Shown here: one piece after another, positions 1-12,392 of the stretch
How the letters are laid out: the number at the start of each line of letters is the position of its first letter
How positions within the stretch are numbered: the first letter of the stretch is position 1
From: Octopus sinensis
Taxonomy: Eukaryota
DNA: 64,000 bases
Direction of reading: 5' to 3'
Assembly (NCBI RefSeq): GCF_006345805.1
Contig: NC_043001.1
Location: forward strand, 100,750,001 to 100,814,000
Program-made: the position numbers and the translations under genes
The notes under the pieces: model-generated
What the model was told of the DNA's origin: nothing
The model's input: only the letters and a program-made list of their open reading frames with translations
Database searches by the model: none

Positions 1-1130
1 AAGACTACACCAGCACCATGAATTTCTTTAGATTTAAGGTCACAATAGAAACCAACCTGTAAATGGTTGATTTCGTTGGGGTCTGGTATGTATAGACTGT
101 TAAGGAAGCCAAATGAGAGGCCATCGTTTTATCAACACACGTTTCTCTCATCCAGCCATAGGATTCAAGAACTTGGTAAAGAGTGTCAGCTAAAGAATCT
201 CCAACCTATCTTCAAACAAAGGGATTTTTGACACTGCTGCACCATACTATAAAGAGGCTTTGGCCAACAGCAGTTTTAAGGAAATACCTCTAGTTCACAA
301 CACCCTCCTCTTTAAGTGTTAAAACACCTGTGTCTAAGATTTTCCTTGTACAATTAGGTTCAGTAAAATATTTCATAGGCACACCTTGAGGGTTACTTTT
401 TTCTGTGCAGCCAATGTATAAAAGATATAACTAGGTAAGTCCATACCTGAGACAGAAGCAGAATGCTCATGTAGGAGTACCACAACATGTCCACTTAAAG
501 GCCACTATAATACGGAAACCATCGTTTATGGGGCAAATGTAACAGCAACTGGACCAAATGGACAATAAAACATGCAAAAGAATGTGGAAGTAGCTGATGG
601 TACCTTCAGAACACAATACAACAAACAAGTCCTGCTTCAACATCCTGGAGAGATGAAACATCTCAACCCTTGCTGAGCATTTATGGTCGTCGTAAGAAAG
701 CAGCCTGGAATACAACATAAAGTGGAGGATATTGAGGAAAGGCGGTGAGCTGGCAGAAACGTTAGCACGCCGGGCGAAATGCATAGCCATATTTCGTCTA
801 CCGTTACGTTCTAAGTTCAAATTCCGCCGAGGTCGACTTTGCCTTTCATCCTTTCGGGGTCGATAAATTAAGTACCAGTTATGCACTGGGGTCGATGTAA
901 TCGACTTAATCCATTTGTCTGTCCTTGTTTGTCCCCTCTGTGTTTAGCTCCTTGTGGGTAATAAAGAAACAGATATTGAGGAAATGCAAGGCTTACTTCA
1001 ATAATAGCAGGAAGTGCAACTGAGTAGCAGGAGGTATACCTTGGAAGAAAAGAGCCATATTAAAGGACTCTCAACACTCGGGCATATCTATCTGAATAGC
1101 AGAAGTGAAATTTATAATCCTTGCCCACAT
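1..1130 (+). mobile_element. Penelope-like retroelement remnant (RT C-terminus plus GIY-YIG endonuclease), frameshifted and split by a SINE
   Basis: Manual translation gives KVTIETNL*MVDF, RKPNE, RISNLSSNKGIFDTAAPYYKEAL, CSCRSTTTCPLKGH, IVYGANVT, STLAEHLWS, YNIKWRILRK|CKAY...RKCN and LNSRSEIYNPCPH. This is the motif order of PLE RT-thumb, Zn-linker and GIY-YIG. Confidence 0.8.
741..971 (+). mobile_element. tRNA-derived SINE, family A (full length, 13-bp TSD)
   Basis: A-box-like TGGCAGAAACG, B-box GTTCAAATTCC and central GCCTTTCATCCTTTCGGGGTCGATAAATTAAGTACC. Exact TSD GATATTGAGGAAA at 728-740 and 972-984. Homologous copies occur elsewhere in the window. Confidence 0.92.
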
Positions 1131-1300
1131 TGTGTCATACTTACATGCCCCATCATGTTTATAATGGCCAGTTCAGCTTTTCCACCACCAGTACCTGGGA
1201 ATCTGGCAAAGAGTTTGACTAGAATATGCATAAACGCACTCACAGACACATACAGGCCCTAACATGGAGGACAACCCCTCAATAGACCTTTTTCCATATG

Positions 1301-1432
1301 ACAAGCTTCTCTCAGTTTCTGTCTACAAAATCCACTCACAAGACTTTGGTTGCCCGAGGTGTCATGAAGTGGGACTGAATCCAGAACCAAGTGGTTGGCA
1401 AGCAAGATTCTTACCACACAGCCATGCCTGCA
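1301..1432 (-). mobile_element. tRNA-derived SINE, family B (5' part, internal deletion)
   Basis: Reverse complement of GGCTGTGTGGTAAG...GGATTCAGTCCCAC...GTGAGTGGATTT...GAAACTGA; matches copies at 42118 and 58012. Confidence 0.8.
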
Positions 1433-1449
1433 CATACACACACACACTC

Positions 1450-1480
<31 letters not shown>

Positions 1481-1690
1481 AATATGCACACAAAAAGAAA
1501 GAAAAAGAGAGAGAGAGAGAAATAAGAGAGAATCGCACCCTCCCTTTCTAAAGAATGGAAAGATACATTGGCTAATTTAGATCTGGATATATTCTGCCTG
1601 ATCGAATGATGGAATTGTTACAGCTGGAATACCTTTAATCATAAGTCTGTTCAATCATGGCTGATCTGAAGGAAATAGCAACAAAGAAGA

Positions 1691-1724
1691 AAATGATGAT
1701 TACGACAACGACTATGATGACAAC

Positions 1725-1770
<46 letters not shown>

Positions 1771-1955
1771 TTGATGATGATGATGATGATGATGATGGTT
1801 ATCACTACCATTTTCATTTCCTCCTAACCCTTACATAGTAATTGTGTAGAAGAAGATGATGGCAATGATAGTAATGATGAGAAATATATCAAGTATGATG
1901 ATGGTGGTGATGATGATGATGATGATGATGATAACGACGACGGCGACGATGATGA
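1691..1955. repeat. (GAT)n microsatellite cluster
   Basis: Long GAT/GAC triplet runs seen directly. Confidence 0.95.
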
Positions 1956-4424
1956 ATGATAACAAACGAGTGGAAGTCAGAGCAAGTGACAAGTTTGGCA
2001 TCAATATTCTTTGCAATGAAATGTAGTACTTACCACTATAAAGATGATTTTGTTCTTTACTGACATCAGCTTTTGTGAATATGTCAGACAAGGCCTTAAC
2101 CTACAAGATTTATCTTTGTTTGTGTTCCAGTGTCTCTAAGTATAAGGGCGTTTGTGTGTGTGTATGTGTGTACGTGTGTGTGTGTTTGTGGTGGGATGAG
2201 AGTATATGCTGTGCGCTCATATGCACATGGATGTACATTTATATATTCACTTGTGCAGATATAGATGCACATGTATGTGTGTATAAGAATATATGTAAAT
2301 TGGAATCAGGTGTGTATTTATTCACTAATATCTATATGAGCATGCATATATGCACATACACACACATACACACTCACGCACACTCAGTCATACACAGTTT
2401 CGGTAGTAAATTTCATACATAAATATACACACACTCATCCTTATGTTGGTTTTTATAAATATTTGTGTTTATGTATAATTATTTCTTCACATAAGCAGGA
2501 AACCTTCTTTCCATATACTTAAATATATTAAAAGACTTTCATATTTGTATACGTATGCATACATGTGTGTAGATCTCTCACTCTCTCTCTCTTTCTATCT
2601 ATCTATATATCTATCTGTCAATCTATCTAACTATCTATATATCTAATTATTTATGTCTGTCTGTCTCTCCCTCCCTCTTTCCACCTCTTTCTGTCTCTTT
2701 CCATAAACATACACCCACAATTTTATGTTTATTTTCCATGCTGTGACACAGCTTAGTTGGGTCATCATAGAATGAGTCAGTACTTATTCCAAGGCCCATC
2801 TCTCCTGGATTTGCTAGAAAACCACATCTCCCTGGTTCATTTCCCCTTTGGCTCTGTATCTACAACTAGTTGCTTCTTCTAACACCAACAACTTTACAGA
2901 GTCTACCCTAGCATTTGTAAATCAGGATGGGGTCATATCCTCAATGAAACTAGAGCATGTCACCACTAGTTTTCCAGCCACTTCACTGAGTTTCCTGAAT
3001 AAAGTTAACACAAATGATCTCACACTAACTTTAGAATCATTGTTATTATGGGAGAGCAGTAAACGGCAAAATTACTAAGAAAACTTCTGAAAGGCAAGCA
3101 ACTTGTATTTCATAATCCACATTTAATCGTGAATATTATCAAAACACTTCACCCTGAAGGGTCCAATTTAATGAGCTGTAAATACACCATATTTCAAATA
3201 TATCTACAGCTGTAATCAGCCAGAATTCTGTAAAATAAATGAATATTTCATTCAATCGCAGTGCAAACTTTCAGTAGACTTAAACCGAGATTAAATTCCT
3301 AACAAGTTTTCAAAGCAGCTCAGGGAACAGCAGTGACTGTGGGTAACTCTTTCCAACCATTCTTTCAAGTTATTATGACATTCAGTGTTCATTCATCCAT
3401 GAAAAAGCACTCACAGGTCATTGTAAAATCTGACAGTGATAGCTTGACTCTGTTTCATTGATGGGATCTGATAAGTTTGAAACTTGTCCAGAGTTGCATC
3501 TTTATTCTAAAGATCTTACACTGGTCTCCACAGCATTCAATAATTAATTAGTTTTAAGTAATTGAAATTTCATTTAATTTCCCCTGTTTTTATCAGAATG
3601 AGATACATAGATAATAGATGGTTCCTATTACTAAGATTATAGCCACTGCATCAAGTATGTTAAATGAAGCCCATAATGTGAATGAACTTCTTATTTTTTT
3701 TATTCTTTAGCAATTTCTGTAGCAAAATTCATGTCAAAGGTTACTCCACAAACTTCTTTTGATAAAATAAGGCAGGAACACCATAGCATGGTAAAAATGG
3801 ACAAAGCTAAGTTAATGTTAACCAATACAATGCACAGAGTTTGTTTGTTAATAAGACTCAGAAAGATATAAATACAACGTGGAAAAAGTGATTAATATTA
3901 TTTCCATTTTTGCCGAATTCCAGAAGAATCTCTGGATGTTTTTATCTTATTACAACCTTCTCTGTTCTTGCTGAAATAAGGACAAAGGAATCCCTGTGTA
4001 AATAGACAAGATTGTACACTTCTTGGTGAAAAAAAATGAAATTGTTTAGCCTTTAGCATACAAATTACTCTCTCGAATTAATGCTTATTTCATCATCATC
4101 ATCATCATCGTTTAATGTGTAGATGAAGATAAATCAAGAATCTTTCTTTCTTTCTCTGACTATAATTTTGGTTAGAATCAAATTCTTGTAGCAGTCTTCT
4201 TTGTTGTCATCATTGTCATCACCATCATCATGATCATCCTCACTATCATGATCATGATGATCATCATCATTACCATTACAAAATATTGCTATCATTATTA
4301 AATTTGTAATCACTTAATATTTATTACTAATTAATTAACAGTGAATGTGGTGGAGAGTTTGTAAACATTGTGAGTTCAGATCTCGTGTGGCTCAATCAAC
4401 TTCATTACTTGTTGTTGACTGTTA

Positions 4425-4820
4425 TCTGTGCCAGCGGCGTGCAAAGAGCACCATCCGAGTATGATCATTGCCAGAGCAGCCAACTGGCTCTGTGCCGGTG
4501 GCACATAAAAGGGCACCATTTGAGTGTGATCATTACCAACGCCGCCTTACTGGCACCTGTGCCGGTGGCATGTGTAAAAAGATTTGAGTGAGGTCATTGC
4601 CAGTGCTGCCTGACTGGCCCCGTGCCAGTGGTTGTAAAAAGCACCCACTACACTCTTGGAGTGGTTGGCGTTAGGAAAGGTATCCAGCTGTAGAAACTCT
4701 GCCAGATCAAGATTGAAGCCTGGTGCAGCCATCTGGCTCACCAACCCTCAGTCAAAATCGTCCAACCCATGCTAGCATGGAAAGCAGACATTAAACGATG
4801 ATGATGATGATGATGATGAT
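4425..4820 (+). mobile_element. RTE-type LINE 3'UTR fragment with (GAT)n tail
   Basis: GTGCCGGTGGCAC modules, GGTTGGCGTTAGGAAAGGTATCCAGC and CCAACCCATGCTAGCATGGAAAGC followed by (GAT)n. The same sequence directly follows an RTE RT C-terminus at 44050-45118. Confidence 0.85.
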
Positions 4821-7558
4821 TGTTGTGAAGTGTTAAGGGATGTTTTTGTAGAAGAACAATAAATGTTTCTTTTTTTTCTCATATAACTTGTTTACATAAA
4901 TAGCAGGAACAGGATTACCTGGACCACAGCTGGCAACGGAGAAAACTGCGACTACAAAGGAACAACAAAAGTATAGTCACTCTGCGGACGTAACAATTGG
5001 AAGGCAAACAGTTGAATCAGTTTGTGTTTGTAATGGGATGGTAAATGACAGGAAGTTTACTGTGCAAGTGATGGAAAGATATGAGAAAAATGTCTGAAAC
5101 ATGTATTTCTATTTCTTAGGTGAGCATGGAAGAATCCAAATGGTAGAAAGGCTCTGGAAAAGATGTACAAGATGTTTGTATGCTCTTCATGGCTCTGTGA
5201 GTGTGAAGAAGTAAGAGAGCAGCTATATCTGAGAGTGGCAAAGAGCATAGGTCTGAGACTAGACCACTCTGGGTTTTGGTTGTTGCTTTACTGAAAGAGT
5301 TGAGAACAGAGGCTTGGATGAGAGATTTCTGAGAACTTGATGCCTGGCAGCTGATTCTTTGAAACCAACTTTGTGAGTTCAATACATGGAAGGTTAAGAT
5401 ATAGAATATTTTGATGGCGAAAACTTTCTTTCTAAAATAATTTTTAACCAAGTGATTTGTTTAATATTTGTGCTGAAACTCATTTCTAACCGAAAGAAAT
5501 GCAGTTAACAAGTGCAGTGACTGAACAGCACAACTTGCAGACAAGCAATGATTTTATGCAGTATTATGTATGCATAAATAGTCAGATGTGTATGTGTAAA
5601 GAGGGGGGGGTAAAGTGTGTGTCTGCTGTATGTAGTATGTACAAGGTAAGAGATAAACAAAAGCAAGTACGGAAGAACAGTGAAAGCAGAATACACCATG
5701 GTAACATTTGTAGTGTCATTTCCTATTAGTTTATGGAAGTCATTTGTGACGTCCGTGTATTTAATGCAAGTTTTTATATCTGCTATAAGAGCACTCTCTC
5801 CGTTGTAATAGGGACGTCTGTCGAGTTTGATTTGGAAAGCTGGATGTTCAGATTTTTTGTTAGTAAGAATGCTTCTTGAAATATTTCTTCATAAATATTG
5901 TGGATGATGAAGATGGAATTATTTTGTTTGTTCCATCGTGTTTTCAATGCCATTAGTACTGTATCACAGAGTTTCTAAAGCTTTTGCATCACATTTACCA
6001 ATTTATTTTTTGTGTGTTACATGTTTAAATGTATTCTGTGAAGGTTTTGGCAGGGTGACCGTAGATAATGGTACTTCTGGTTTTCAATGTGGTTTTTGTT
6101 ACTATCATTATCCATGTAAAGTGTATTTTCTGAGTTATTTAAAAATGTTGTTGTCTGTTGATTTTGTAAGTATTTTGACAAGTTGTAGCCTTTCTCCTGT
6201 ACTAAGCAAAGTATTTCAATCAGTTATGAAGGCAGTGTTATAGCTTTTGAAGAAGATTCAGCTGTAATTTCTTGCACATTGAGCAAGTATTTCAAGGCTT
6301 CGTTGGCAGCTTGCTCCACAGCAGGACACAATGATTAGATAGCTTATCATTGCCTTTTTTTTTTATATTTGCAATTTATTCAAAATGAAAACTGTTCGGC
6401 TGCCGAAAGATAAATAGGTTGAATAGTCCCATCAGAGGCACCAATTTGGAATTTCTGTTAATGCTTCACTCTCTACTTTTGCAAGATTGTAAGATTTAAG
6501 TGTAAGACAATTGATCACATGACCATTATATCAAATCATGTTAGATTCAGTTTTTTCTGCCACTGGAAACAGAAAATTATTCTGCTTGGTTGAGCAAAGA
6601 TATTATTTCCACTTAACGGCTGAGTGATTAGGAAAAGAAATGACATCCAATTGGAAAAAAAAGTTGTGCCAACAATATATAAATGAAAAAATTTACAAAA
6701 ACTATCTTACTTATCCTCATGTGGGAGAAAGAAAACAGTGCAGAAGTGAATTCTATCTGACTGTCTGCTACTTCACTGTAACTGATTCATGGTAGAATGG
6801 GGAATATTATTTGAGAGTATGTATATATAATAACCATTATATTTGCAGCCCACCATGCAACAGTGCTATACTGGATTAACAATTTGAAGAATTATATATT
6901 GGTGATACTGCTTTAAGCATTCCTCCTGCTAAGATCTGCTGGAGTTGGCAGATCCTCAAAGTATTCTCTTGTAGTTTTGCTGTTAAATTTTTTTTTCTAT
7001 TATGATGATGTATGCTGCCTAAATACAAATTAAACATGTGCATCCTTGAAACATAAAAATTTTTCTGGCTTAAGATTGGCCTGTTAACTAAAAGAAACTT
7101 GCTTCTCAATATATATTTAAAAAATTATTTACCTTTTGCTAGCAGTTATAAGTTGATAAGAGATTAGCAGCTAAAAATGCTCTACAAATCCTTAACATGC
7201 TCAGTTCAGAGTGTTGGGAGATAACTAGAGTTAGTACCTGAACTCCATATTCAGAGTACTAAAAGGGTACATCCTTCAAATAAAAAGAAATCGACTGAAA
7301 TCTACTAAATGGAAATACCTATGAATTACTTGGAATTCATAATCTGTGACTCTAATACTCTACCACTACTAACAACTGACTGCAAACAACGGTCCCAGAT
7401 TCGAGACAAGTCGTTACTATTTTCGATTCGAAACTTTTCATTCTCAACTGATTTAAAGTCATTCTCTGAATAGCTTTGCTTCAATTCATCTTTATCTTTA
7501 TCTTGGAAAGCTTGTAGTATCTCAATAGTTACAAACTCTCTATGTCTTTGTCTTTGTG

Positions 7559-7941
7559 AAGGCAAATAGCTTAGTGGTTACTGGTATTCAGCTCATAAGT
7601 TTATGAGTTCAATTCCTGGTGGTGCATTGTCTCCTTGAGCAAGACACTTTATTTCTCATTGTTCCAATCCACTAAGCTGGCAATGATGAATTGTATTTGT
7701 AATTCAAAGGACCAGCCTTGTCACATTCTGTGTCATGCTATATCTCCCTGAGAACTACATTGAGGATACATGTGTCTGTGGAATGCTCAGCCACTTGCAT
7801 GTTAATTTTACGAACAGGCATGGTGCCCCAGCATGGCCGCAGCCTTCGGGCTAAAACATTTTTAAGGATTTTTAAGGATTTAAGGCTGTTATATTGATCA
7901 GATCAACTGGAACCCTCATCGTCATAACCGACAGAGTGCCA
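7559..7941 (+). mobile_element. tRNA-derived SINE, family C, with a nested 63-bp insertion
   Basis: A-box TAGCTTAGTGG, B-box GAGTTCAATTCC and TCCTTGAGCAAGACACTTTATTTC core. Homologous to 61055-61290 and 62612-62930. Confidence 0.85.
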
Positions 7942-8122
7942 TTATTTATTCTGTATTTATTCTGACTGACCAATCAATGCTTAGTTAAACTGGACAGTAA
8001 GTAAATGCTTAGCCTACTGCCATTATATCAAAACTTTGGCTAAGCACCAATTAGGTATTGTTATGAGAACTGTGCAGGTTGTGTACCAGGGTATAATCAA
8101 TAACAAGGCCTGAAGTTTTATA

Positions 8123-8948
8123 CGAGATCCATTCAAAATGTATCCAACTTTATTTTTTCCTGCCATAACTAATGCTGCATGGGCAAAATCCTTTGGGTGG
8201 GAGGTGATGCTACTCACCTTTATGTATGAAAGTTTTTGTGCCAGTAAGATGGCTGTTATGCCTTGTGTACAGACATGTGGCACCAAATGCATTGAGCAGA
8301 GATGTTGCATCAAGTTTTGCCAAAAGCTTGGCAATACTTAAGCTCAAACCACCCAGAAGATTCAGCAGGCCTTTGGCAATTATATCGTGGGCAAAACTAA
8401 GATCAAAGTGTGTTACAACTGTTTGAAACATGGCTGCACCTCGGTGGAGAGTGAGGCATGCTCAGGCAGGCCATCCACAAGCTGAAACAAGGAACTGATT
8501 GGGAAGGTTCTGTAAACAGTGATGGAAATACTGTCACATAACAATCCAGGAAATTGCTCACAAAGTAGGAATATACACAGGATGAGTACATTTCATTTTA
8601 ACAGAGGATTTGTGCATGTGGAGAGTGTCAGCAAAACTCATCCCCCAAGGCGTTGGTGGAGCTGCAAAGCAAATCTACATGGAAATCACTCAGGTCATGC
8701 TGAACTGTGCAAACTATGATATGGATTTCATGAAGACCATCATCACCGGTGATGAGACATGGGTTTATGGTCTCTGCTCAAAGTGTTTGGTCATCTTGAG
8801 TGAAGACGAACATCTGCACTCTAGGCATAACAGCAGAGAACTGACGTTAACTACCAGAGCAAAAATTTTCACACATGTGCAGAAAGGGTTGCATCATCTC
8901 CTACTCCACAAAAAATAATAAAGTCGGATACTTTCCGAATGCACCTTG
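8123..8948 (+). mobile_element. Internally deleted mariner (Tc1/mariner) relic
   Basis: About 30-bp imperfect TIRs (CGAGATCCATTCAAAATGTATCCAACTTTA / TAAAGTCGGATACTTTCCGAATGCACCTTG) with a left TA. Remnants include EQRCCIKFCQKLG (HTH region) and IITGDETWVYG (first catalytic D). Confidence 0.88.
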
Positions 8949-10088
8949 TTGATATACAATGGCACCCAATTAAATAACTTCATTTTTGGAGTAACATTTT
9001 ACTGTTATTAAAGAAAATATTTTTAATACTTTCACTGGAATTGATGAGTCCAAACTTCCATATTATCATCATTTATAAAACTACATTTCATCAAGGATCA
9101 AATTGGTGTAAAGTTTTATTTATTTAGTTAATTCTTCCTAGGCATAAAATAAAAATAAAAATAAAAATAAGAAAAAAGTGGAAATTTTACAGGTGAGTGT
9201 GTTACATAATAAAGCACAAAAAGAAAATGACTCTCCCCAGACACAACAGAATATAATACTTTATTATTTAATATATTCTTGTCTTTTTAGACAGGAGGGA
9301 AATTTAGCTTCTGTTTCTTGCAGGTGGAGAAACTACATAAAAACTCCCTTACTGGTTAAACAGATACTTCTGTAAATGCAAGAAGAATCCAATAAATTGA
9401 TTGTAATATCAAATGATTTATCTATGATACTAGATTGAAAACCTTTCTGTGCTCCATTGAAAGGCAAGGATAAATATAAAACATGGCTTTCTAATTCCAA
9501 CAGAAAACGTCAACTTACACAAAGATATTATCTTAGGATTTTGTTATTATCAATGGGAAACTGTTATTTAAGAGAACTTATTTAAGAAGTGATGCAACAA
9601 GCTGACAAAGAGGAAACTTCAACAAAATTCATGCAATGTGAGGACAACCAATTCAAAAATGTATCTCATAAATATTAGAAGAACCAAACATTTGAAGTGA
9701 TATTCTAATAAGTAGAAAGAAGGATGTATTATATAAAATGTAAGGTATGATGTTCTATATGTCATGAATAAAAAATTCTGTACTGGAATTTCCATTTTTG
9801 TTAGAGGAAGAAAACAAAAACCATGTTGCAGTTGTTAGTATCTCTCAAAGAAATAAGGAGATAGTTTCAAATAATTAACAATTAATCTTACAAAGTTAAT
9901 TAATATGTTTTGAGGAAAGTTTGATACTTGTTTATTGGCAAAAACTTTAAAAATAAAACCCAACTCTGAGCATTTTCCGTCCACTGGACTTCATCAGGAA
10001 AGTCAAACAAAAATGTTTGATTAGTTGACAAAAATTTTTACAAACAGAAAAATGATTACCAGAATCTTTTGACCAATATTATTTACAA

Positions 10089-10290
10089 GGTGGCAAGCTG
10101 GCAGAAATATTAGCATGCCAAGCGAAATGCTTAGAGGTATTTCGTCTGTCTTTACATTCTTAGTTCAAATTCTGCTGAGGTCGACTTTGCTTTTCATCCT
10201 TTGGGATAAATTAAGTACCAGCTGCATACAAAGGTCGATCTAATCGACTGGCCACTTCCCACCAAATTTCAGTCCTTGTGCCTAAAGAAT
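10089..10290 (+). mobile_element. SINE family A
   Basis: Homologous to 741-971 (GCTGGCAGAAA...GTTCAAATTCTGCTGAGGTCGACTTTGC...TTAAGTACCAG). Confidence 0.88.
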
Positions 10291-12159
10291 ATGATTTACA
10301 AAAGCAAACCCAAAAATAATTGCTAAGGGAAATAACCGAAATAAATTAGTGACATAAATTTAGCTAAATATATTAATTAATGATGTTCTGAATGTTGTAT
10401 GGAGCATTTTTTAATTTGCTGAAAATTCACTCATCATTTGTAAAAAAAGCAACAAAAAGAAAACATCAACGCCCTGATCTCATAATCGGTGACTTTCAAT
10501 GAAAACAGGAGATAATTTCAAGAAATTAGAATTAATCTCTCAAATTAAGTTTACATTATTAGAAAAAAATCTGATCAAAATTTATTTGTAATTTGTTTTT
10601 TGTTTGTAAAAATTGAATCACCAAAGTAGATTTGGACATGCAACACAAGCCTAGTCAAGGAGACTGAATCCTGTCCATTGTTGATGAGTGCCTTCAAATA
10701 GATTTTAGGTTTTTCTCTAAGTATATAAATTAATTCTACGACCAATTTTTAATTTCTTAAGATTATACACCCTGGTCTTTGAAAACTACCAACAGTTGTT
10801 GCTGGCAGAATTTTCAATGAATTATTTCTTTGCGTATGATATTCAGTAAACCACTTATCTATCCAAATTCAGTCTATTTATCAACTCACTGTCAATGATA
10901 CATTTGAGTTACTTCCCTTAGCTGATTTTATTTTCAAATTATATACAACACGAAAATACTTAGCATTTGCTGATTTGACTCCTTATTTATTATTATCTTT
11001 TCTTTTTTTGTCGGGCCAATACACTGGATTGGAAAGTTTTAAGGCAATTATTATGGAATAAGTGTTATGTTTAGAAAAAGTGTTAGCAGCAGTGACAGGT
11101 GGATGAATGAAAAGCAATATAATTTCTGATTTCCTTGCTATTGTGGTTGATTTAATGTTACTCCTTGAAGTTTGCAGAAAGGAAAATAATTACAAGTAAT
11201 ATTCTATGACATGTGCGACATAAAGGGACGTATCTAATTCACAGTCAAGTTAGTGCCAATAGCTTGCCATTGGCAGTCTCAGAGTCTACATCTGTGGTAA
11301 ATCTCAAGAGGAATCTAGGTTTGCTCTTGAATGAATTGTCAAGTTCTGACAGAGAATATTAAATATCAATCTAATTCATTTTCTAATAATAAAAACTGGA
11401 AGTTTTTCATGCACCATGAAATCATGAACTTCACATATATGTTTAGGTCCTTAACTGCTAGTTATTTACAAACACTTGGGTTTAACGAGGAAGAGACCCA
11501 CCACCATCTCACAATTATGTTGATCATGGCATTAAGCTCTTCCACCTATTTGTAACAAGTCAGTAGTTTCACGGTTTAAAATGCATTTTTTTAGCCTACC
11601 TAAATAGCAATGTGGATGGATGCTTTTGAAAAGCAAACAGCTCTAAGAAGATCGCTAGTTGTCAAAAGGCAAAATTAAAAAAACGATGTGAAAGTTGATG
11701 TCTTTGCATTTAGCTATATGTCAGCATTACTGAAACAATATATAATTGCTGTAGAGTCTCCTATTTTCTGAATAACACTAAGAGGCTTTATTAACTAAAT
11801 CTGATTTTCCTTCAACAGGTTTCTGTAGAGTTCTTTTAAGTGAGCTAATGGTGTGTTTTTTTTTTTACAGACTCTCAGTACAATAGAAACTATTTGCTTG
11901 GTGACCATTTTCTTTGGACATTGAAGTCTGAGGTTGCATTGCATTCCATATTAATTCCTTGATATAATATACCGGGAGGTTTTTATGATCCTAAGGAGGA
12001 TTACTGTGACCATGATAGCATATATAATGCTATGAACTCAATAGAATGGAATTAATATTTTAATCTCTGCCACAGATAATCTCATACATAAACATACTCT
12101 ACACATTTCACTCACAAGTATGTATTTATATGCTGGGGGGGGGGGTAAATTAAGGAGTA

Positions 12160-12266
12160 AACACACACAATGTATACATACATCAACTGTATGCATATGT
12201 GCATGTGTATCTGTATGTAAATGGATGTGTACATGTACAGGCATATATTTATATACTGCATGTGTG

Positions 12267-12306
<40 letters not shown>

Positions 12307-12309
12307 TAT

Positions 12310-12351
<42 letters not shown>

Positions 12352-12392
12352 GTATAAATATATATATACACATATGCATCTGCATATGTATT
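12160..12392. repeat. (TA)n/(CA)n low-complexity repeat
   Basis: Seen directly. Confidence 0.9.

Noticed and set aside
741-830. tRNA genes at SINE heads
   Set aside because: A/B boxes are present but no cloverleaf forms, and the sequence continues into a SINE body with a TSD.
5700-6250. Strand-biased segment that may be a minus-strand LINE ORF1 remnant
   Set aside because: No motif could be read with confidence.
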